From positions 1 to 21,105 of the forward strand of contig JBGSNL010000088.1 in assembly GCA_041739675.1 (NCBI GenBank): a stretch of DNA of 21,105 bases, read 5' to 3'. The stretch is from a bacterium (lineage in GTDB: Bacteria; UBA10199; 2-02-FULL-44-16; DYJF01). Positions 11,743 through 18,249 of this stretch are shown one piece after another. A program made the translations under genes and the position numbers. The first letter of the stretch is position 1. Each line of letters starts with the position of its first letter. The notes beneath the pieces were generated by a model. The model had not been told where the DNA came from and did not search any database. It saw nothing but the letters and a program-made list of their open reading frames with translations.

Positions 11743-12501
11743 CTATTTTGCCAAAAGTTCGCGGGCGAGGTTAATGTAGCTCAAGGCACCCTTCGACCCT
11801 ACGTCATATAAGATTATGGGTTTGCCGTGACTTGGGGCCTCGCTCAAGCGGACGTTTCTGGGAATAATTGCTTCAAATACTGAATTATTAAAGTGTTTTT
11901 TGATTTCGTCTGAGACCTGGAAAGAAAGATTATTCCTTCCATCAAACATGGTCAGAACAATACCCCGAATCTTCAAATCGGCGTTGAGGCGATCACGAAC
12001 AAAAGAGATCGTCCTTTGAAGATCGGCCAGCCCTTCCATCGCATAGTACTCGCACTGGACAGGGATGAGAACGGAGTTGGCGGCGGTGAGGGCGTTGACC
12101 GTCAGAAGACCAAGAGAAGGGGGGCAATCTATGATCATGAAATCGAACCGGTCGGAGATAGCGGCAAGGCGATTTCGCAAAATTGTTTCACGTGAAACAA
12201 TTTCAACAAGTTCAATCTCGGCGCCGATCATGGCCGAACTGGCTGGCATGAGTTTGAGGTGTGGTATCTCGGTATCGACGTAAAGCGAGGGCAGATCTAC
12301 ATCAGAGAGGAGCGTATCATATATGCCGCGCTGAACGGAATATTTGTCGAATCCGATGCCGGTGGTTGAATTTCCTTGGGGATCAAGATCAATGAGAAGG
12401 GTTCTCTTCTCTGCCGCTGCAAGACACGCCGAAAGATTGATGGCCGTTGTCGTCTTTCCAACACCGCCCTTTTGATTACAAAGTGCAATGATTTCAGCCA
12501 T
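11743..12501 (-). CDS. parA: Chromosome partitioning ATPase ParA/Soj
   Basis: NQKGGVGKTTT, IDLDPQGN, IIDCPPSLG, PVQCEYYAMEG, IPRNVRLSEAPSHG. Confidence 0.97.
   Translation of the reverse strand: MAEIIALCNQKGGVGKTTTAINLSACLAAAEKRTLLIDLDPQGNSTTGIGFDKYSVQRGIYDTLLSDVDLPSLYVDTEIPHLKLMPASSAMIGAEIELVEIVSRETILRNRLAAISDRFDFMIIDCPPSLGLLTVNALTAANSVLIPVQCEYYAMEGLADLQRTISFVRDRLNADLKIRGIVLTMFDGRNNLSFQVSDEIKKHFNNSVFEAIIPRNVRLSEAPSHGKPIILYDVGSKGALSYINLARELLAK
12184..12199. promoter_or_regulatory. parS site (inside parA)
   Basis: Exact TGTTTCACGTGAAACA consensus; the palindrome extends to 24 bp (12180-12203). Confidence 0.9.
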
Positions 12502-12545
12502 GGCGAGTAATTATTCCCAAGGGGGGAGAAAAGCAAGCGGGAAAA

Positions 12546-12561
12546 TGTTTCACGTGAAACA
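12546..12561. promoter_or_regulatory. parS site (upstream of parA)
   Basis: Exact TGTTTCACGTGAAACA consensus about 45 bp upstream of the parA start. Confidence 0.92.
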
Positions 12562-12562
12562 A

Positions 12563-12757
12563 TTCGAACCTAAACCTAAGTGAGGTGGCTTTCGGGACTG
12601 TGGGGTTGGGAGTACGGTGTCGCCCCAACCTTACGGGGATTGGGGCGCACCTCGTCTCTCGGCGATCGTGTTATCATAACCATGGATACGATCGCCTCCG
12701 AGACGCCTCCCAACCCCACAGTCCCTACGCCACCTTAACTTCGATATAGGATTCTCA
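12563..12757. other. Structured element copy 1 (candidate ncRNA or ssDNA motif)
   Basis: Perfect 19-bp stem 12594-12612/12707-12725 closing a 3-way junction with two branch hairpins; same architecture and linkers as copy 2. Confidence 0.75.
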
Positions 12758-12779
12758 CGGGGATTAAACACCCCTGGTT

Positions 12780-12822
12780 GGCGGAAGTGGGCGACAAATT
12801 AGAGATGTCGGCCACTTTCGCC
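12780..12822. repeat. 17-bp imperfect inverted repeat
   Basis: GGCGGAAGTGGGCGACA (12780-12796) / TGTCGGCCACTTTCGCC (12806-12822), with one G-T pair and one G-G mismatch. Confidence 0.6.
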
Positions 12823-12850
12823 CTTATACGACGTGCGAGTGATCTCCCGT

Positions 12851-12917
12851 TCTCCCTCTCCCTTGCTTGCCCGCCGACGCTCTGATGGCGGGATGGGAGA
12901 GGGTGGGGGTGAGGGTG
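12851..12917. repeat. REP-like CCCTCTCCC...GGGAGAGGGTGGGGGTGAGGG element with an inserted mini-hairpin
   Basis: Stem CCCTCTCCC (12854-12862) / GGGAGAGGG (12895-12903) enclosing CCCGCC (12870-12875) / GGCGGG (12887-12892). Confidence 0.6.
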
Positions 12918-13020
12918 GTCAAGCGGGGGACACTTCTCCTGTTCACGAGGAGTTCATGCGAAAATGAGAAGCGCCCCCCCCATGGGTGAGACGAGAAGGT
13001 AACTATGCGATATCATTGCC

Positions 13021-13098
13021 TTATTGTTCGAGCAAGGTCGAGAACAATAAGCGTGCTTTTGACTCCCCCGCCGAATGGCGGGATCGCTCGAAGAATAA
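13021..13098. repeat. REP-like TTCGAGC...GTCGAGAA / TTTTGAC...GCTCGAA element with an inserted mini-hairpin
   Basis: TTATTGTTCGAGC pairs with GCTCGAAGAATAA (one mismatch); internal CCCGCC-GAAT-GGCGGG hairpin at 13067-13082. Confidence 0.5.
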
Positions 13099-13106
13099 AA
13101 TTTAAG

Positions 13107-13140
13107 ACCCGGCACTGCCATATCGGTGCCGGGTTTTTTT
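13107..13140 (+). terminator. Intrinsic terminator-like hairpin
   Basis: ACCCGGCAC (13107-13115) / GTGCCGGGT (13126-13134) running into a 7-T run (13134-13140). Confidence 0.65.
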
Positions 13141-13321
13141 CGATCCAAATCGTAGTCGGCTTTCGGAGCATGGGATTCATGGGTACGGCATCGTTTGCGC
13201 TTTACGGAGCGCAAACGTGCCTCGTGTCTCGACGGCCGCGCTATCATAGCCATAGATGCGGCCGTCTCCGACACGCCCCCTGAACCCCATGCGCCTACGC
13301 CGACTTCGACATGGGTTCTCA
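13139..13321. other. Structured element copy 2 (candidate ncRNA or ssDNA motif)
   Basis: 19-nt arms 13165-13183/13277-13295 (16 Watson-Crick pairs); same junction, branch hairpins and linkers as copy 1 but different stem sequences. Confidence 0.75.
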
Positions 13322-13413
13322 ATAAGCCAATAAATACAACGAATTAGGCGGTGATAATTTCACGCAACTATTTCGTGGCAGGGCCGATAACTATAATGAG
13401 GGAGGCACCTTCG

Positions 13414-14154
13414 ATGACTATCTCAATGCGGAACCTATTTTTGCCATTTATTCTCGCACTGACGATTGCTGCGCTTTGTGCGTGCAGCGAGTCGGGGCGT
13501 TCAGGATCTGGAATTCCCGGACCCAACCAGCTCATCTCGGAAGCTCAAGTTGAGAGAAACACGATCGTAAAAGACGTGTTAGGCGGGGCGCTAACAACTT
13601 CAATCGATCCGGTCGCGTTTTCATTTGATGATGTCGCCGTCCGCGCGATGACGGTCAACGTGGAATTTTCGACGACGATCAGCACGATCAATGAGTACTA
13701 TACGTTTAAGGGATCTGACGGTGCGGATTCGCTGACGATTAACGCGTCGGGAAATGTGGAAGAGATAGAAACGTCCGAGACGGGGTCCTCGATTCTGAAA
13801 TTTGTGCCACTCAACTTACTCATCCATTTTGAAAATTTCTTCTTCACAAATTCGTGCGGTGTTCAAGCAGTTCTCACCGGCGATATGGAATGCCGCGTGA
13901 AGGGTGATTTTATAAGAGAAACCGAAAATTTCAAGGGAACGGCGATGTGCACAAGCGGAACCTTTATTGCGCCCTCGGATATCATTTATTTCTTCGGCGA
14001 CATCGAACATAAGATACATCTTACCGTGAATGTGACCGCGGACGGAAACGCCTTCAATCTTGACAGTTATAACTTCTCGGGTTCCTTCTTCCTAGATAAC
14101 AGGATCGTGGCGATCGGCACCATCGACGAGGTGTTCACCTGTAACGTCGAATGA
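13414..14154 (+). CDS. Putative lipoprotein of unknown function
   Basis: GGAGG SD before ATG 13414; signal peptide MRNLFLPFILALTIAALCA-C with a lipobox-like Cys, Ser/Gly linker and beta-rich acidic body. Confidence 0.75.
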   Translation: MTISMRNLFLPFILALTIAALCACSESGRSGSGIPGPNQLISEAQVERNTIVKDVLGGALTTSIDPVAFSFDDVAVRAMTVNVEFSTTISTINEYYTFKGSDGADSLTINASGNVEEIETSETGSSILKFVPLNLLIHFENFFFTNSCGVQAVLTGDMECRVKGDFIRETENFKGTAMCTSGTFIAPSDIIYFFGDIEHKIHLTVNVTADGNAFNLDSYNFSGSFFLDNRIVAIGTIDEVFTCNVE

Positions 14155-14169
14155 GGAAATAAAATCAAT

Positions 14170-15105
14170 TCAGGAGATGACGAATTTTAAACGCGGGCCC
14201 GCGGATATCTCCACACGTGCGGCCGGTTCCGGAACGTCGCCGTCGATTGTATAGATAGTTGGTTCTCCAAAGTCCAAAACCGCCTTGCTTCCCACAACAT
14301 CGACGTAGTCTTCAGATCGGGACCGTTTTCCGAAAAAGGCCTGCGGGAAGGTGCAGAGAAGGTGTCTCGGCGTCGTTGAGATCGCCACAAGCTGAAACAT
14401 GCCGGCGGTCTCTCGCGCGCGGTAGAGCGGCCTGAAATGGAAGCCCAAATTGTCCATAGTGCCGGCGAAAATCATCATGTAATTTTTGAACGGCGCCTTT
14501 ATACCGTCAACAGTTACTGTGGCGTCGAATCTCTGGCAGAGATCAAGGGCGTGCTTTCCGTTGATCGCGGCCGATACCATCGCACGGGAGAGCATGCTGA
14601 ATGCGCGCCAGGGCGTCGGATCGCCGTTGCTGTGTCCGTTGTATTCATCGACGAAGCGGCTCACCAGCCCCATGCCGAATAAAAATCCGTAATCGTTGTT
14701 GATCTTGAGGATATCCATATCCGTTTCAGCAAACGGGATGTCCTCGTGATATTTCAAAATCAGGTTCGAGAGGATCTTTTCAGGCGCGCCCCGCACGGAA
14801 AGGCAGTTCGAAAGGTTGTTCATCGTTCCGCCGCGGAGCAATGCGATCTTTGGGAGCGCCGTCTTCCCATAGACGTTTATAAATGTAGTGAGCGTTTTGT
14901 GGATCGTGCCGTCACCGCCCGATATTCCAAGAATTTCTATGTTTCTCTGCTTGAATTCTGCCGCAAGTGTTTCAACGTCTGAAAGATCGTTCGTGGTGTG
15001 GCACGATCCCTTGTCGCCGACGATAAAGCCCAACCTCTCCGCTTTCGCAGGATCCTTGCGGTGACTTCTCGAATATGGGTTGATGACGATTCCTATGCCA
15101 GCCAT
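14170..15105 (-). CDS. Diacylglycerol/sphingosine kinase catalytic-family lipid kinase
   Basis: VINPYS, SGGDGT, LRGGTMNN and YTIDGD motifs of the DAGK_cat (YegS/DgkB) family. Confidence 0.88.
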   Translation of the reverse strand: MAGIGIVINPYSRSHRKDPAKAERLGFIVGDKGSCHTTNDLSDVETLAAEFKQRNIEILGISGGDGTIHKTLTTFINVYGKTALPKIALLRGGTMNNLSNCLSVRGAPEKILSNLILKYHEDIPFAETDMDILKINNDYGFLFGMGLVSRFVDEYNGHSNGDPTPWRAFSMLSRAMVSAAINGKHALDLCQRFDATVTVDGIKAPFKNYMMIFAGTMDNLGFHFRPLYRARETAGMFQLVAISTTPRHLLCTFPQAFFGKRSRSEDYVDVVGSKAVLDFGEPTIYTIDGDVPEPAARVEISAGPRLKFVIS

Positions 15106-15108
15106 AAA

Positions 15109-16692
15109 TTACGAAGGTTTCCTTTCCGGCGCAGGGCCCTTAAACCTGCGATGCCTGCGCCTTCTGTGCCCGCGAAAACCTTGAGGTTTCGGCTCGGAAG
15201 GATGCGCATGCGCTTGCTCGGCTGGCCTTATAACCGGCTCCTCCTCCTCTACGCAATAGGTTTCTTGGGGGCCCTTTTGCATGAGAATCTCCACAGGATT
15301 GAAGTAGTCACGCTCTTTTTGAAAGACGCCTTCGAGCCCCGCGCCGCTTTTTTCATCGACCGACTTGTCGGCTATTGCCCCCTTGGCCATCGATTCCAGA
15401 AGGCCCGTGAATTCAATTTTCTTGAGCATCTTTGAGGTGTTTTCAAGAATCGTTGCCGCGCGTCTTGCGATCTTGCTGTTGGGTGAAAACTGAATTTCGT
15501 CTCCAAGCGTTCTTGAGTTTTTCAAAACAATTGCCGCGGCCTGAAGCATTTCAAATTTATTTTTGAAAAGCGGGCTTACGACGATTGACTGTTCCGTGAT
15601 GGAGGCTGCAATCTCGAATAGGGCGTTTAATTCCGTGCAGGAAAGGGGTTTATCAAGACAGAATTTCGAAGGAGGAAGATATACCAGGAGATTTCTAGGA
15701 TAGAGCTCGCGCATGAGAGACGCGCGGGCAAGCTCATGCAAGAAACCTTCATCCATCAGCGGATCGATATCGAAGGCGTGGCCGACGGCTAAAAGTTCGG
15801 GCGTAACCGACGCATGCTCGCAAAAGGCCTCTTCGATGAATTGGGACGCGACCAATTCGTGCGCGTCGCGGTAGGCGTCAAGATGGCGCACGTGCGCACC
15901 CTCGGAATACAAGACTGCGCAGAAGCGGGCGCACATCCTTCTGGCGAAGTGTGCGTCAACGAAGGCCCTCTTTGCGTTGATATCGTGGAGGAAGATATCG
16001 GAGAGGGTGTCCTTGGCGATGATGTCGGCGCCGGCGGAAAGTGAATAGAGAACGTGCTTGGGTGTTTCAAGCCCGGAAAGGCCGACGCCGAAACGCTTGA
16101 TCCCGCAGCTTTTTGTTCGCTGTTCGTCCAAATGGAGCCCGAACCTTCTGATGTCGTCGAAGAGGATTATGCCCGTATGCTCGTCGGAGAGAAACTGTTT
16201 GAGCTCGTGCGAGTTTTCGGGGGAGGCCATGAGAAGGGGGGCCGGGTGCGAAAAATTCGAAAACTGGGCGCTGCAGGCCTTTCTCGCACCGGAAATATCA
16301 TCCATTTTTTTGCATTCTTCGCGCGCAAGCTTTGTCACGGCCTCGCGGGCCTGGTCGGCCGGAATATCGGGAATCGATTCGAAAGTGATTCTTCCGTCCG
16401 CGATCTTGTGGCCCAGATCCTTGGCAGAGAGCTTTGTGTGGACAAGTGCGCGCCCGAACCAATAGGCAACGCCGCGCCGCATGCGGTCGCGGTCCAGCTT
16501 TGTGACGATCAGGTCGGCGACCGGTTTTCTGTCATTTAAGTTTTCCACGCCCAAAAAAGACAATGTTGCGCTCTCTATGGAGAGGGTGGAGTGGCGGTCG
16601 ATATATTTCTGAACGGGTTTGACCACCCTTCGTGCTGAGTCGCGGCAGTGGTTGATGCGATCGCGGTCGAGATTTAATTTTCTATATGCCAT
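15109..16692 (-). CDS. Divergent lysine 5,6-aminomutase alpha-subunit (KamD) homolog, probably degenerate
   Basis: KLNLD...HSTLSIE...LGV N-terminus, DINAKR, AHELVASQFI, GHAFDIDP...GFLHELARA, YLPPSKF and GAGLEGVFQKERDYFNPVEILM all match KamD as recalled; the central PLP-binding segment is not recognisable. Confidence 0.8.
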   Translation of the reverse strand: MAYRKLNLDRDRINHCRDSARRVVKPVQKYIDRHSTLSIESATLSFLGVENLNDRKPVADLIVTKLDRDRMRRGVAYWFGRALVHTKLSAKDLGHKIADGRITFESIPDIPADQAREAVTKLAREECKKMDDISGARKACSAQFSNFSHPAPLLMASPENSHELKQFLSDEHTGIILFDDIRRFGLHLDEQRTKSCGIKRFGVGLSGLETPKHVLYSLSAGADIIAKDTLSDIFLHDINAKRAFVDAHFARRMCARFCAVLYSEGAHVRHLDAYRDAHELVASQFIEEAFCEHASVTPELLAVGHAFDIDPLMDEGFLHELARASLMRELYPRNLLVYLPPSKFCLDKPLSCTELNALFEIAASITEQSIVVSPLFKNKFEMLQAAAIVLKNSRTLGDEIQFSPNSKIARRAATILENTSKMLKKIEFTGLLESMAKGAIADKSVDEKSGAGLEGVFQKERDYFNPVEILMQKGPQETYCVEEEEPVIRPAEQAHAHPSEPKPQGFRGHRRRRHRRFKGPAPERKPS

Positions 16693-18240
16693 TTAGCACA
16701 CCGATTCGCTTTTCGTTGGGCCGAACTCAATCCCCTGCGCAAGCGGCAATTCCTTTCCGTAGTTGATGGTCACCGTCTGGCGGCGCATGTAGGCCTTCCA
16801 GGCGTCGGAGCCGGCCTCGCGGCCTCCGCCGGTCGCTTTTTCGCCTCCGAATGCTCCGCCGATTTCAGCGCCGGAGGTGCCGATGTTCACATTGGCGATT
16901 CCGCAGTCGCTTCCCGCGGGCGAAAGAAACGCCTCTTCGGAAAGCAAGTTCTGCGTGAAGATGGCAGAGGAGAGCCCCTGCGGCACATCATTTTGTATCG
17001 CTATCGCTTCACCCACATCTTTCGCCGTGAAGAGATAAAGGATCGGCGCGAACGTTTCGTCTTTCACGATCTCCATCTTGGGATGCGCCTTCACGATGGC
17101 GGGGGTCACGTAACAGCCGCCGGCGTACTGGGGCCCTTCAAGGATCTCACCGCCGGACAGAATTTCGCCCCCTTCTTTTTTGGCAATTTTTAAAGCGTGC
17201 ATCATCGTTTCGACGGCGTCTCTGTCGATTAAAGGACCCATAAGCGTTTTGGGATCGAGCGGATCGCCTATGCGAACCTGTTTGTAAGAAGTGACGAGCT
17301 CGTTTGTGAGCTTTTGCGAAATACCGTCCTGCATGATGAGGCGGCGAGTTGTCGTGCAGCGCTGGCCGGCCGTTCCAACCGCGCCGAAGAGAATACCGCG
17401 CGTGGCCAGATCGACGTTGGCGTCGTTCATGACGATGATCGCGTTGTTTCCGCCAAGCTCCAAAAGTGTGCGCCCAAGTCTCTTTCCAACGACCTCTCCG
17501 ATTCTTTTTCCCATACGGCACGAACCGGTAGCCGAGATGAGAGAGAGCCTGGGATCTGCGATCATCTTTTCGCCCACACTCTTTGACGAACCGATGCAGA
17601 GATTAAAGACACCCTCAAGGCCGTGCGACTTCATGACATCGTTTGCAATTCTCTGGACCGCCACGGCGGTCAATGGGGTTTTAGAAGAAGGTTTCCAGAT
17701 CATCGTATCGCCGCAGACGGCTGCAACCATCGCGTTCCACGACCAGACCGCAACTGGAAAGTTGAAGGCGGTCACGATGCCTATCGGCCCCAAAGGATGC
17801 CACTGCTCCATCATCCTGTGGGATGGGCGCTCGGTAGCGATCGTCAGGCCGTAGATCTGGCGGGAGAGGCCCACCGAAAAATCGGCCATGTCTATCATCT
17901 CCTGCACCTCGCCCTCGCCCTCGGCGACAATCTTTCCCATTTCAAGCGTGACAAGCTGTCCAAGAAGTTTTTTCTTCTCGCGAAGTTTCCCACCTATTTC
18001 GCGGACGATTTCGCCGCGTTTCGGCGCCGGCATGAGCCGCCAGGATTTGAATGCGGCTTGAGCCTTATCCACAATGAGATCGTAGTCGGTTTCGGACGCG
18101 GTTCTTACGCGTGCGATAGGTTGCCCGTCGATGGGGGAATAGGAGACAAGCTCGGGCCCCTTGGGCTTTTCCACCCAGCCTCCGAAACTTACGCCGGAGT
18201 TGACCTCGCCTATTCCAAGTTCAGACACAAAATCACGCAT
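16693..18240 (-). CDS. ALDH7 (antiquitin)-type alpha-aminoadipate-semialdehyde / P6C dehydrogenase
   Basis: PAPKRGEIVR, GLSRQIYGLTIATERP, AFNFPVAVWSWN, LELGGNN, GTAGQRCTT, SDCGIANVNIGTSGAEIGGAFGGEK, LPLAQGIEF. Confidence 0.95.
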   Translation of the reverse strand: MRDFVSELGIGEVNSGVSFGGWVEKPKGPELVSYSPIDGQPIARVRTASETDYDLIVDKAQAAFKSWRLMPAPKRGEIVREIGGKLREKKKLLGQLVTLEMGKIVAEGEGEVQEMIDMADFSVGLSRQIYGLTIATERPSHRMMEQWHPLGPIGIVTAFNFPVAVWSWNAMVAAVCGDTMIWKPSSKTPLTAVAVQRIANDVMKSHGLEGVFNLCIGSSKSVGEKMIADPRLSLISATGSCRMGKRIGEVVGKRLGRTLLELGGNNAIIVMNDANVDLATRGILFGAVGTAGQRCTTTRRLIMQDGISQKLTNELVTSYKQVRIGDPLDPKTLMGPLIDRDAVETMMHALKIAKKEGGEILSGGEILEGPQYAGGCYVTPAIVKAHPKMEIVKDETFAPILYLFTAKDVGEAIAIQNDVPQGLSSAIFTQNLLSEEAFLSPAGSDCGIANVNIGTSGAEIGGAFGGEKATGGGREAGSDAWKAYMRRQTVTINYGKELPLAQGIEFGPTKSESVC

Positions 18241-18249
18241 AAGGGCCTC

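Noticed and set aside
12563..13321. Interpretation as a CRISPR array, tRNA, hammerhead ribozyme or group II intron remnant
   Set aside because: No identical repeats with spacers, no cloverleaf or T-loop, no CUGANGA core, and no domain V motif seen.
12954..13322. ORFs 12954-13322 (-) and 13005-13283 (+)
   Set aside because: They cross hairpin repeats, the terminator and structured copy 2; composition is not protein-like and copy 1 has no equivalent listed ORF.
18065..18073. Perfect DnaA box TTATCCACA
   Set aside because: Single copy inside a coding region with no cluster or AT-rich unwinding element, so not evidence for oriC.
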